The position numbers were made by a program, and so were the translations under genes. From Macrostomum lignano (lineage: Eukaryota): DNA of 64,000 bases. Numbering within the stretch: the stretch's first letter is position 1; every line of letters begins with the position of its first letter. Of the stretch, positions 34,613 through 48,268 are shown in pieces. The notes under the pieces were generated by a model. It was not told the DNA's origin. It saw only the letters and a list, made by a program, of their open reading frames with translations, and did not search any database. The stretch lies in contig NIVC01003513.1 in the NCBI GenBank assembly GCA_002269645.1, positions 1 to 64,000 of the forward strand, written 5' to 3'.

Positions 34613-35374
34613 CTTATAATTATCTTCTACCCAATTATTTTTTCTAAGCTGGATGACATTTGAGTTCCGTATTTTCTGCAATTCATATTTAATTTAAAGT
34701 ATCAATACTTTTATAATCATTGAGATGCTTGGGATTTCAAGACTTTAATCAGTTTTCAAAGTTGAGTAAATCTGTAATCGCGGAGTCTGCAGAGTTCTGC
34801 AGAGACTCAGCAGTGTAAAGGGTAGGGTAGAGACATCACTTTTTTTACTTTGAACTTTATCATCCTTGTTTTCAATTTTTGGCAGAGCTCTAAACTGAGC
34901 ACACGGCAGTCAGTCTCATCCAGAACTCCAGTTTTAGCTCTCCTTGGCTGAGCTGCTTCGGTTTCGAGGAATTTTCGTTCAAACTCGACAAATTGAATCA
35001 AAGCGGCCCCGAGTAGGAGGGGGGCAGGGGGGAAGCGGGAGAAAACGGGGAGCCGCGCCTGAAAGCAATGGGAAAACAATTAGTTGGTGCAGTCAGCGCT
35101 GAAATCAGGGGGGAGAGTGGGGAAATTTAATATTGAATCCCTTGACTATGAGCAAATCAGGCGTGTCATCGATATATACAGGTTTGAGCCGACTTTATTA
35201 ATTTGAGCTGGCGAGCCGGCTAAATTGGAAATGCCTTTGTTAAACTGAAAAGCGGACAAAGCTGCTGCGTGGACAGTCAGCCAGCCAGCCTTTTTGCTGC
35301 ATTTGGTGAAAAAGGCAACAAGGAGCAGAAGTTGACACTGCTTTTCTTTGAAAATAAAAGTGGCGAAAAGTTTC

Positions 35375-35645
35375 ACTGTGGGCGCCGTACTTGGGCTGGG
35401 GGCGGTATGCTTGGACCGGGGGGCTCTATACTTAGATTGGGGGGGGTGCCATACTTGGACCGGGGGCGCCATACTTGGAACGGGGGCGCCATACTTCGAC
35501 CGGGGGCGCCATACTTGGAACGGGGGCGCCATACTTGGGCCGGGGCGCTATACTTGGACCGGGGCGCCATTCTTGAATCGGGGGGCGCCATACTTGGACC
35601 GTGGGGCACCATACTCGGATTTGGGGGCGCCATACTCGGATTGGG
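35375..35645. repeat. ~22-bp GC-rich minisatellite (GGGGGCGCCATACTTGGACC-like)n
   Basis: Directly visible, degenerate. Confidence 0.88.
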
Positions 35646-36613
35646 ACAATATCCGCAGAAGGCGCTGCTCCCAGCGAAGAGAAAACTGTAAATATATTTC
35701 TTAGAAAAGGCAGGCCCTTATAAACGGAGAGAAAGTCGGGGGCCCCCCTAAGGAAGACCCCGAAAGGACAGTTTTATGATTGTCACAGCGAGCGGTCCAG
35801 CGAAGACTATAAGGCTTACGGCAATAAAACTGCAACTGAAACAGTTCCAAAATGGAGTAATAATTATCGTACAGTTTATGCAATAGCGATCATTTCCGGA
35901 CAGTTAAGAAGTGTGACGGAGGCCACCCACCCCCACCCCTAAAACACCCTGCGCGCAATTAAAATGGTCAATTAGGTGATTTTGACCCTTCTGCTAAGTG
36001 GGGGTTGTGCGCGGTCTGCTGCGGCAGGCCAATCAGCTCAATATACTGTAATAGCTGGAATCTCGAGAGGCGCCGCGAACACTTGAAAACTTCAAACACA
36101 GCGCCGCGCTTTGCACAACTGTATAGCGCGCAGGTTCTTAAAGAGCTTCTTTGTCAAGTTTTTGTCAACTTTCCTGTCAAATTGACTCGTTTATAACCTT
36201 AAACTATCAATATATGATTTACCTTTGGTTCCAGTTTGGTTCTCAGTCTTGATTTTGTGGTCTTTGTCCCCTCTTCCTCTTTTGGGAATAATTTCTGCCA
36301 GCATAATTTCCCGCCAAACAGGCCCGGGGTGCATGGTGTAGATGGTGCGAACTGATTGAGCGATCGATTCCGACTTTTCAATGGAGCGAATCTGGACGAG
36401 TGAAGAATGAGGTCGGGACTTCAGTAGCCTTGTTCACTTGTTTGACCTGCCCTGTCAAACTCTCATCTTACTAGCATTGGCATTGTGTGCGTCTCACTTG
36501 TTTCACTTGTTTGTCAGTAACACGCGACAGCCCGTATTGCACAGTATTAGGAGGACGCCCTAATTATCCGCTTTGGACTCGAGTTTGGATCACCCGATTC
36601 CTATAGAGGGTGG

Positions 36614-36644
<31 letters not shown>

Positions 36645-36701
36645 GATACCGAATAGAGATAATTATCATTCGCACAGCGTGCTCTTGAAAATAGCTACTG
36701 T

Positions 36702-37167
36702 CTTTGGCGAATAGCTACTGTCTATGGCGAATAGCTACTGTCTATGGCGAATAGCTACTGTCTATGGCGAATAGCTACTGTCTATGGCGAATAGCTACTG
36801 TCTATGGCGAATAGCTACTGTCTATGGCGAATAGCTACTGTCTATGGCGAATAGCTACTGTCTATGGCGAATAGCTACTGTCTATGGCGAATAGCTACTG
36901 TCTATGGCGAATAGCTACTGTCTATGGCGAATAGCTACTGTCTATGGCGAATAGCTACTGTCTATGGCGAATAGCTACTGTCTATGGCGAATAGCTACTG
37001 TCTATGGCGAATAGCTACTGTCTATGGCGAATAGCTACTGTCTATGGCGAATAGCTACTGTCTATGGCGAATAGCTACTGTCTATGGCGAATAGCTACTG
37101 TCTATGGCGAATAGCTACTGTCTATAGAGAATAGCTACTGTCTATGGCGAATAGCTACTGTCTATAG
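36702..37167. repeat. Near-perfect 20-bp minisatellite (AATAGCTACTGTCTATGGCG)n
   Basis: Directly visible. Confidence 0.96.
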
Positions 37168-37439
37168 CAAGAAGTCAGGCATGTCATGCCGGGAGGAAAA
37201 ACAATTTCTAAAAAAGTTTTGTAGTGTTATTTTTAATTTGCTGTAACTTTTTTGTTTTTTTTCAGTTGCACAGAACTAATCTTAGCGTTTGAGGCAATAA
37301 GCCGTTTGAGACTGAATTGATTCTGTGGATCAAGCAATGCAATGACGCGAAAGTTAAATAATGGGAAAAGAGAAAACTGATAGAAGATTGAGTAGAAGAC
37401 TCGTGAAAGATGAAGAAAAGAAAGATAGACGGTTCGTAA

Positions 37440-38278
37440 AAGACGATCGAAGACAGATACAATACAAATAGAAGACAGATAGAAGACAGATACAATACGA
37501 ATAGAAGACAGATAGAAGACAGATAAAAGACAGATAAAAGACAGATAGAAGACAGATAGAAGACAGATAGAAGACAGATAGAAGACAGATAGAAGACAGA
37601 TAGAAGACAGATAGAATACAGATAGAAGACAGATAGAAGACAGATAGAAGACAGATAGAAGACAGATAGAAGACAGATGCAAGTCAGATAAAAGACAGAT
37701 AGAAGACAGATAGAAGACATATACAAGTCAGATAGAAGACAGATAGAAGACAGATAGAAGACAGATAGAAGACAGATAGAAGACAGATAGAAGACAGATA
37801 GAAGACAGATAAAAGATAGATAGAAGACAGAAACAAGTCAGATAGAATACAGATAGAAGACAGATACAAGACAGATAGAAGACAGATAGAAGACAGATAG
37901 AAGACAGATAGAAGACAGATAGAAGACAGATAAAAGACAGATAGAAGACAGATAGAAGACAGATAGAAGACATATACAAGTCAGATAGAAGACAGATAGA
38001 AGACAGATAAAAGACAGATAAAAGACAGATAGAAGACAGATAGAAGACAGATAGAAGACAGATAGAAGACAGATAGAAGACAGATAGAAGACAGATAGAA
38101 TACAGATAGAAGACAGATAGAAGACATATACAAGTCAGATAGAAGACAGATAGAATACAGATAGAAGACAGATGGAAGACAGATAGAAGACAGATGGAAG
38201 ACAGATAGAAGACAGATGGAAGACAGATACAAGTCAGATAGAAGATAGATAGAAGACAGATAGAAGACAGATAGAGGA
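37440..38278. repeat. 11-bp repeat (GAAGACAGATA)n
   Basis: Directly visible. Confidence 0.95.
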
Positions 38279-38858
38279 CAGCCTCAGTGAGTATGCAATA
38301 GCACTGAGAGGGGTAACAAAACACTCAAAGTCAATCTTCCATTTAACAAGGCGACAGCGAACTCCAAAAGAATGGACAAAGGAAACTTATGCGCACATTT
38401 TATTGAACTTCACGCATACATTAAACAGTTACAGTTTAGCAAGCAGAATGGTAAATCAACTATATAGAATCCATGGTAATCAATACTCGCTAATGCAGAA
38501 CACGCTATCCAATGGCTGTTGCTATTTCATATTTGAGTCTCGTTTTCTAAAAAAACAACTGGAACGGATCAGCCTGCAGTCGTTCGTACAGGTAGCAAGG
38601 AAAATTTAACATTAGGCAAATCATATAAATAGACAATAATAACAATAACAGTAATTAAGGTACATGGAAAAGAGACACGAGCACAAGCAGAGACCATATT
38701 AAGCTATTCCAAAGAGCCCTGACAAATCATTTATATAAGAAATTAACCGAAGGAAAAACAGTTTTTTCTTAGCATTAGAAATGTCGTTTTCTACTGTAGA
38801 ATATTCAAGATGTACAGAGCGGCGGCACTGGCAAAGCAGAGAATTTTATCCGAGCAGT

Positions 38859-40238
38859 TCAGCGAATCCAAGTCGGTGGCGGCAGGAAGGCGCCGCTGCG
38901 CAGCAGGCGATGGTAGGCTTCCAGATCGAACGGCGGGTGCTGATACGGAGGCGGCGGCGGCGGCGGCGGTAGGAAAGGCGCCGAAAGTGCCGGCGGAGGC
39001 GCCTGGCGCGGCGGCGAGGAACTTGACGACGATGTTTGGCGCTTGCAGGCGCTGCTGCTGCCGCCGCCGCTGATGAGGCTGTCGATGGTGAACCCGGGAG
39101 AGCCGCTCCGGCGCCTCCGCCGCTGCTGCTGCTGTGGAGATGCCGGCTGCTGCTGTTGATGAGGCTGGCTCTGGGGATGCTGGCTGTGATGGCTCAGGCT
39201 GAGGTTGAGCGGATGATTTGGCAGGCCGGCTAGAAGGGGCCCGAGGCCCGGCAGGAGGCTTGTCGGGGGATGTCGAGTCGGCGGATTCGACATTTGCGGC
39301 GGAGGCGGCTGCTGCTGCTGGGAATGATGAGGCGAACTTTGGCTGCGACTGTGAAAAGCGGCGGCCGCCGCTGCTGCCGCTGCTGCCGCTGCCGCGGGAA
39401 ACAGGCCCAGAGGCGGCGGAGGCGGCGGAGGCGGCAGCGGAGGCGGCGGCGGCGGATGCGACATGCCGACATGCGAATTGGCTGCCATAAACGAGGCGGC
39501 AGAGGCGGCAATGGGGAAGTAAAGGTCGGGCTGCGTCTGCCGCTTGTAGCGCTTCCGCCGGCGCAGGAAGCTGCCATTGTCGAACATGTCCTCGGACTGT
39601 GGGTCCAGCGTCCAGTAGTTGCCCTTGCCCGGGTTGCCCGGCTCCCTGGGGATCTTCACGAAGCAGTCGTTCAGAGACAGATTGTGCCTGATGCTGTTCT
39701 GCCAGGCAGGGAACCTGCGTTCGGAGTGAAGGTTTTATACATTTATATACAGTGTAGAGTAAACACCAGAAACACAATGGAAACTGTAGTGTTTCTAAGA
39801 AATAGCCTACCGCTCTTTGTAGTACGGGAATCGATTGATGATGAATTCGCAGATTCCGCTGAGCGTGAGCTTGCGCTCCGGCGACTGCAGGATCGACATG
39901 GTGATGAGGGCGATGTAGCTGTAAGGCGGCTTCACGTGATGCCCGCGCCGCTTCTGCTGCTGCTGCTGCGGCTGCTGCTCCTGCGGCAGCTCAAGCTCAG
40001 CGTCCTCGTCGGAGTCTGCATCTGCTGATGCGGAAGTTGAAGCAGCCGCAGCTGCAGCCGCAGCCGCCGCCGCTGCCGCGGAGAATTCTTCGTCGCAGCT
40101 GCTGTCGCCGCTGTAGTCCTCGGCCAAGTCGGCAGGCGGCGAGAAAAACAAGGAGGTGGTGGCAGCGGCGGTGGCGCCGGCGGCGGCTGCTGCAGACTTC
40201 CCGGCGGAAGCGCTCTCGGCTGAGGAGGCGACCGACAT
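38859..40238 (-). CDS. FoxD: Forkhead transcription factor FoxD, 427 aa, 2 exons (40238-39811, 39714-38859)
   Basis: [41 protein letters not shown]|[58 protein letters not shown] is the FoxD signature. The 96-nt phase-2 intron runs GTAGGC...CGCAG. A C-terminal eh1 motif, FTIDSLI, is present. Confidence 0.96.
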
Positions 40239-41499
40239 GTTTTGTTGATTTGTTGGAATTGGGAAGAGTTTGCTGACTGCTCGGAAATATTTTTATCCTT
40301 GGCGCCGAACTGTCTGCCTGGTGGCTCCTGTTTGACTTTTTCTTCCCCCTCAGGATCCGTCTAAGCTTCTGCTCTCTTAGCCTTTCTATTTTTCTTGCCC
40401 CAGAAAAAATGATTCTTCTGGCGTGGGGTGGGCGGCCGGGGTTGGGGAGGGGGAGGGGTGAAGGGGAAATAGGGGAGAAACGCCAGCAAGGGGAAAGAGT
40501 GTTTTTAGGGGTGGCAAGGGGAAGAATAATATTCAGGGGACTGATTGGATTGGTTTTGCCCATGGGTTGGGGATCTTAGCCGAGAACTGATCCCCTCCGT
40601 GTCGGCAGCGCCCAATTGGGGGCACCGCGGCTGATGGCGGAGGAGGCTGGGCGCGCGGCCGGGCCTCCCATCGGGAGAGTTTAGTAAACATTTTCTTGCC
40701 CCGCGAAGAGGCGGCAGAATCAACGGGAGCGGCGACACGGGGGGGGGGGCTGGCGGATGACGGAACAGGGGAGGCTGGGGATGGACATTGGTAGTCAGTC
40801 AGGTTCTGAAAAATCCTTCCTATTCATTGCTGTAAAAAGTTTTAATCCAATAGGTTAATCAATCCACTCGAATGTCGTCTTCAAGGGTTTAGGGTGAAGT
40901 TGAGAGCCGTATCAGCAGCGCAGTGGTCCTAGCAGTCAGCAGAAGTGGCTCTGCACGGTTACAAAGAGTGTTTTAGCTATCATAAGTTTATTATTGCGAA
41001 CTAGTTTGCTAATAATGACAGGAAAAACAGGCGTGGGGGGGGGGGTCGACCCTCGGGCTCGCGCGGTTGACTATGGCTTCAAGTAGGTGCACACCGCGGA
41101 GGTCGGAGCTCCTTCAACCGTCGAGGGCTGGAAGAACTCAAACTGTTTCTAAAGATCTCACCCGAAGTTGTTAGGGGCAGCTCAAAGAGAAGCAGTGAGC
41201 AAGGTAGAGGCTTCTTATCTGGAGTGTTTGCCAAACTTCGCTTTCAAAGAGCTTCAGTGATATTTGCACGCAGCTCTCTTTAAATATCCTTTTTTATTTA
41301 TAACTCTCCTACTCAAGCGAGAAGTCTGCCCGGAGGAGTGAGTATTATATTCAGCCGCGAGGAGCGCGAGCGAGTGCGGACACGGCCACTTTGGTCCATT
41401 ATTTCTTCTTCCGTTAGCTGTTAGTTAAAAGGTGAAAAACTGGGCAAATTCTGCTGCAAAATTTTTACTAATTTTTATATAAAGCTTTTATGGGACTTT

Positions 41500-43040
41500 A
41501 ATGAGATCATAACTCAGTCATGAGATCATAACTCAGTCATGAGATCATAACTCAGTCATGAGATCATAACTCAGTCATGAGATCATAACTCAGTCATGAG
41601 ATCATAACTCAGTCATGAGATCATAACTCAGTCATGAGATCATAACTCAGTCATGAGATCATAACTCAGTCATGAGATCATAACTCAGTCATGAGATCAT
41701 AACTCAGTCATGAGATCATAACTCAGTCATGAGATCATAACTCAGTCATGAGATCATAACTCAGTCATGAGATCATAACTCAGTCATGAGATCATAACTC
41801 AGTCATGAGATCATAACTCAGTCATGAGATCATAACTCAGTCATGAGATCATAACTCAGTCATGAGATCATAACTCAGTCATGAGATCATAACTCAGTCA
41901 TGAGATCATAACTCAGTCATGAGATCATAACTCAGTCATGAGATCATAACTCAGTCATGAGATCATAACTCAGTCATGAGATCATAACTCAGTCATGAGA
42001 TCATTCTGTCATGAGATCATTCTGTCATGAGATCATTCTGTCATGAGATCATTCTGTCATGAGATCATTCTGTCATGAGATCATTCTGTCATGAGATCAT
42101 TCTGTCTTGACCGATCATTCTGTCATGAGATCATTCTGTCATGAGATCATTCTGTCATGAGATCATTCTGTCTTGACCGATCATTCTGTCATGAAATCAT
42201 TCTGTCTTGACCGATCATTCTGTCATGAAATCATTCTGTCATGAAATCATTCTGTCATGAGATCATTCTGTCATGAAATCATTCTGTCATGAAATCATTC
42301 TGTCATGAAATCATTCTGTCATGAGATCATTCTGTCATGAAATCATTCTGTCATGAGATCATTCTGTCATGAAATCATTCTGTCATGAGATCATTCTGTC
42401 ATGAAATCATTCTGTCATGAGATCATTCTGTCATGAAATCATTCTGTCATGAGATCATTCTGTCATGAAATCATTCTGTCATGAAATCATTCTGTCATGA
42501 GATCATTCTGTCATGAAATCATTCTGTCATGAGATCATTCTGTCATGAAATCATTCTGTCATTAGATCATTCTGTCATGAAATCATTCTGTCATGAGATA
42601 ATAATTCTGTCATGACCGATCATTCTGTCATGAGATTATTCTGTCATGAGATTATTCTGTCATGAGATTATTCTGTCATGAGATCATTCTGTCATGAGAT
42701 CATTCTGTCATGACCGATCATTCTGTCATGAGATAATTCTGTCATGAAATCATTCTGTCATGAGATTATTCTGTCATGAGATCATTCTGTCATGACCGAT
42801 CATTCTGTCATGAGATTATTCTGTCATGAGATTATTCTGTCATGAAATCATTCTGTCATGAGATTATTCTGTCATGAGATTATTCTGTCATGAGATCATT
42901 CTGTCATGACCGATCATTCTGTCATGAGATCATTCTGTCATGAAATCATTCTGTCATGAGATAATAATTCTGTCATGACCGATAATTCTGTCATGAGATT
43001 ATTTTGTCATGAGATCATTCTGTCATGAGACAATTCTGAG
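41500..43040. repeat. Two-phase minisatellite: perfect 19-mer (TGAGATCATAACTCAGTCA)n at 41500-42000, then a derived 16-mer (TGAGATCATTCTGTCA)n
   Basis: Directly visible. Confidence 0.96.
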
Positions 43041-44571
43041 ACCAGACTCAACCAGCTGTTCTCAATCCAGACCGAGCCAGTTCCAGATGAAGCGGTTTCG
43101 CTAGGCGCAGCACCAGTCTCCATGACGCAAAGAGCAATGCTACTCAACCCACATAATTAAAAGGCCAGTTGTATTTAAGGTCACTCGCACGATAAGAGGA
43201 TTAACCTACGCATATTTGCCAACTTATGGAAAAGCGAAATTGTCTAATGAAGTATGAAAATTCTTCTGTCCACCTTGAAGCGAAGTTTTGGCGAGCATAT
43301 AACTGCGGGCATTGAGGGGTTTGAAAAAAATGGATGCATGGAACTCAATTATTCCACAAGCACAAAGCGAATTCCATCCGAGCTAGATGGAGACGGAGCT
43401 CGCTGAGCTAATCTGCTTGACCCGAGCACAGGTAGATTGGAGGACTCGAGCAGAAGCTGTCGTTCGACTGTCGCGCTCACCCAGGCGTGACTGATGCCCC
43501 CAATCACTATACTTATATACGCATGTCAAAGGCTGTCAAGGTGCATGTCCAGCCTCCTTCTATTTATTCTCCATCAGTTCCCTCTCTCCTCGTCCCAATC
43601 CTTCATTGTAGCCCCCAGCTCCCGCATCATTGTGCGTGTCCGGTGATATGTAGGGGAAAACAAGTTGAAGCAAATCAGATTTGATGGGAGTCCTACGAGG
43701 GACATTATACTCTACGCAGCCGTCATCTTTTAGCGCTCTTGAAAATAGTTTTCAAATCTTCAAAACTGCAGACAATAGCGCAGCCCGTCAGCTATGGAGC
43801 TCCCCGCTGGGACAAGTTGGTTGCAATGTATATAGACATAGTATCCCATCATCATCACCATCCTCATCATTACCCAGCATCCTCACAGCCTCATTACGTG
43901 AGCAGTCTCAGTATTTATTGGCATTAGGGTGGGAAAATGAAATAGGCTTGTATATAAAGAAGATGGCGGCAGCGGCGGCTTCAGTTGCTAACCGCTATAG
44001 CACAGGTGAAGAGGCCACTTAGCCACTGCTGTTGAGAAAAGAAGGTCTCAACACACGGCGCAAAGAAGGTAAAGCAGACAACCAATTTCCCCCCAAGCTG
44101 AAGAGGATAAAGAGATGAGAGGGAGAGAAACGAGCGCGCAAAAAGGAAGTGGCTTTAATTTTTTTCAACACAGCTAACGGAACCAGCCCGAGCAACTCCC
44201 CAGCTCTCCCACGGTTAGGGAATTCGAGAAGAAGCCACTGATAAATTTCCCACCTCGATCGCTCACTCAGTCAGTGAGGCTTAGTATGTTAGCTATCAAT
44301 GGACTAAACACCTCAATTAGCTATACTCACTTTCACACCGAGTCATCAACTCCAGGTGTGTTTGCTCACGCTTGGGCCCAGTCAGCGTAGCGCGTGTCAG
44401 CGTCTGATGAAGATTTAAATTGACAGTGGGAGGGTGCGGCGTGGTGAAGTTCCATGCCTCAAATCAGAGTGGACCATTGAGTCTGCAAACTTAAAGCAAA
44501 CCCTTGATATCGGCACCTCACATGACGCACTTGGGAGTTCTTGACCCACTTCTGTCTCTAGAACTCACGAA

Positions 44572-45765
44572 CCCTCCAGAACCCTCCAGACTCTTTAGAA
44601 CCCTCCCTCCCTCCCTCCAGACTCATTAGAACCCTCCCTCCCTCCCTCCCTCCAGACTCATTAGAACCTTCCCTCCCTCCCTCCAGACTCATTAGAACCT
44701 TCCCTCCCTCCCTCCAGACTCATTAGAACCTTCCCTCCCTCCCTCCAGACTCATTAGAACCTTCCCTCCCTCCCTCCAGACTCATTAGAACCCTCCCTCC
44801 CTTCCTCCAGACTCATTAGAACCTTCCCTCCCTCCCTCCAGACTCATTAGAACCCTCCCTCCCTCCCTCCAGACTCATTAGAACCTTCCCTCCCTCCCTC
44901 CAGACTCATTAGAACCCTCCCTCCCTCCCTCCAGACTCATTAGAACCTTCCCTCCCTCCCTCCAGACTCATTAGAACCTTCCTCCAGACTCATTAGAACC
45001 TTCCCTCCCTCCCTCCAGACTCATTAGAACCTTCCCTCCCTCCCTCCAGACTCATTAGAACCTTCCCTCCCTCCCTCCAGACTCATTAGAACCTTCCCTC
45101 CCTCTCTCCAGACTCATTAGAACCTTCCCTCCCTCCCTCCAGACTCATTAGAACCCTCCCTCCCTCCCTCCAGACTCATTAGAACCTTCCCTCCCTCCCT
45201 CCAGACTCATTAGAACCCTCCCTCCCTCCCTCCAGACTCATTAGAACCTTCCCTCCCTCTCTCCAGACTCATTAGAACCTTCCCTCCCTCCCTCCAGACT
45301 CATTAGAACCTTCCTCCAGACTCATTAGGACCCTCCTCCAGACTCATTAGAACCCTCCCTCCCTCCCTCCAGACTCATTAGAACCTTCCCTCCCTCCCTC
45401 CAGACTCATTAGAACCTTCCTCCAGACTCATTAGGACCCTCCTCCAGACTCATTAGAACCCTCCCTCCCTCCCTCCAGACTCATTAGAACCTTCCCTCCC
45501 TCCCTCCAGACTCATTAGAACCTTCCCTCCCTCCCTCCAGACTCATTAGAACCTTCCTCCAGACTCATTAGGACCCTCCTCCAGACTCATTAGAACCCTC
45601 CCTCCCTCCCTCCAGACTCATTAGAACCTTCCCTCCCTCCCTCCAGACTCATTAGAACCTTCCTCCAGACTCATTAGAACCCTCCCTCCCTCCCTCCAGA
45701 CTCATTAGAACCTTCCCTCCCTCCCTCCAGACTCATTAGAACCTTCCTCCAGACTCATTAGGACC
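44572..45765. repeat. C-rich minisatellite (CCAGACTCATTAGAACCTTCCCTCCCTCCCT)n, unit about 31 bp with shorter variants
   Basis: Directly visible. Confidence 0.95.
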
Positions 45766-47237
45766 CTTGCGCAGCCATAACGACCCCTGGATCAGTCTTC
45801 AAAGTATGCCTAAACATTATATATCAGCACTATATGAACAACCAGCATGCATAATTAGTTGTAGAAAAAAGTTAAGCGAAATGTTCCTTGGACTAACAGT
45901 GTTGGGATTCTGGGCATCTGGTCTGCATGCAATAAGCGGGCAGGGGGTGCAGCATGGCTGTAAATTGTGTAGTAAAAAGCATTGACAAACTGTTTATTCA
46001 GCACAAGGCTCGCCCCAACACACGGTTATTTTGCTAGGACAAGGTCGAACCTCTTGGTGGGGGGAGGGAATGCAAAAGTCTCTGTGCAAATATAGTGTAA
46101 ATATATACATTTATCACACCCTCAGCACACCCATTAAAACGCGTACAACCCCTTCAGGTCTCCCTAATTAAGGTGACAGAAATCAGCATCGAGGGCCAAT
46201 TGGGTAGAGGGAGAGAAACGAACATCTTATTTGTATAGAAGGGCGGACTGCTGCAGGCAAAGTGTGCTACAGATAGATAGGGATACGAGCTTGTTATAGT
46301 CGCACTCTATAATACTGCTGCTGCTGCAGAAGCTGTGTGTGTTTACACAGAGACGAACAACAAGAGGCAACAAGAGGTGATAGTTAGGATGGCGGGGAGG
46401 CAGAGGGCAGAAGAGGCCTCTCTCATTTGCCGCAGAAAAAAAGGATAAGAAGACGCAGCCAAAGCAGGGAAGTAAAGGCAGGACCGCCAGGAGCCGTCAC
46501 TTTGGCTGCAATTTCATTAAAAGCAGAATTTGCAAAGGGGAGGACAGACACCATCCTCATTAGCGGCGAGTGAAAATCACCACCGCCAAGAATTTTTGGC
46601 TACAAAGTGGTTTTCAGCGGTGCCAGAAAAAGAGAGGCAATGGGATCGGTAAACAGTTGGGAGAATTGGGACGCGACACGGCCCTCCCGCTCTCAACAAT
46701 AACAAACAGTAGAGCCAGAAAACTCTTTTCCTCTCTACGCTAAACCGTCTTTTAGAAGATGGGGCAAGAAGAAGCTACCAGAAGAGAAAAAATGTGTCAA
46801 AACATTTTCTGTCTGAGTTCTGGGCCCCAACAGATTGCCCGCTAATGACCATCCGAGCTTAAACTTTGCTTTTCTTGACTAGCCAATGCCGGGCACGAGA
46901 CCCACACTCGGGACATTGTGCCCCGGCGAGGCTGGAGGCTCAGAGAGATGAAGCAGGGATGCGGCTGCAGCAGGGGCTGAAATCTGTACAAATCTTTAAT
47001 CTTTATGCGCGTGTATCGAAAGTGAACAAGTGAACCACATTCCAGACCGTTGTGGGAATGTATAAAATCCTAATTTCATTACGTTTCATTGGGAGACAAA
47101 AAGCTGAGGAATCTGTGGCTCTAATTTATAAATTTGCTTGTAAATAATTTTTTGCACCGGCTGTGGTAGCTAATTACTGATGAAGTGTCTGATGAGGCCC
47201 TTCCAGTTTCATCATCGGAACCTCTGATGCTGCATTC

Positions 47238-48268
47238 GTGATGATGGGATTCTGGGGGAATTAATTAGCTGGGATTTATGATGATGGGATTCTGGGGGAA
47301 TTGATTCTCAGTTAGCTGGGATTTATGATGATGGGATTCTGGGGGAATTAATTCTCAGTTAGCTGGGATTTATGATGATGTGATTCTGGGGGAATTAATT
47401 CTCAGTTAGCTGGGATTTATGATGATGGGATTCTGGGGGAATTAATTCTCAGTTAGCTGGGATTTATGATGATGGGATTCTAGGGAACTAATTCTCAGCT
47501 GGGATTTATGATGATTGGATTCTGGGGGAACTAATTCTCAGCAGGGATTTATGATAATGGGATTCTGGGGAATTCTCAGTTAGCTTGGATTTATGATGAT
47601 GGGATTCTGGGGAATTAATTCTCAACAGGGATTTATGATGATGGGATTCTGGGGGAATTAATTCTCAGTTAGCTGGGATTTATGATGATGGGATTCTGGG
47701 GGAATTAATTCTCAGTTAGCTGGGATTTATGATGATTGGATTCTGGGGGAATTAATTCTCAGTTAGCTGGGATTTATGATGATGGGATTCTGGGGGAATT
47801 AATTCTCAGTTAGCTGGGATTTATGATGATGGGATTCTGGGGGAATTAATTCTCAGTTAGCTGGGATTTATGATGATGGGATTCTGGGGGAATTAATTCT
47901 CAGTTAGCTGGGATTTATGATGATTGGATTCTGGGGGAATTAATTCTCAGTTAGCTGGGATTTATGATGATGGGATTCTGGGGGAATTAATTCTCAGTTA
48001 GCTGGGATTTATGATGATGGGATTCTGGGGGAATTCTTTCTCAGTTAGCTGGGATTTATGATGATGGGATTCTGGGGGAATTAATTCTCAGTTAGCTGGG
48101 ATTTATGATGATTGGATTCTGGGGGAATTAATTCTCAGTTAGCTGGGATTTATGATGATGGGATTCTGGGGGGAATTAATTCTCAGTTAGCTGGGATTTA
48201 TGATGATGGGATTCTGGGGGAATTAATTCTCAGTTAGCTGGGATTTATGATGATGGGATTCTGGGGAA
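47238..48268. repeat. Minisatellite (GATTCTGGGGGAATTAATTCTCAGTTAGCTGGGATTTATGATGATGG)n, unit about 47 bp
   Basis: Directly visible. Confidence 0.95.

Noticed and set aside
38791-40028. 328-aa and 252-aa ORFs overlapping FoxD, and similar shadows over SRF (56022-56909) and the ankyrin gene
   Set aside because: Alternative-frame or antisense read-through of GC-rich trinucleotide-biased exons; no domains.
43388-43440. METELAELICLTRAQV resembles homeodomain helix 2-3
   Set aside because: No WFQNRR follows, there is an in-frame stop just upstream, and no matching exon was found.
47178-47230. CTGATGA words suggesting a hammerhead ribozyme (also 63124 on minus)
   Set aside because: No stem II followed by GAAA and no cleavage-site helix could be built.
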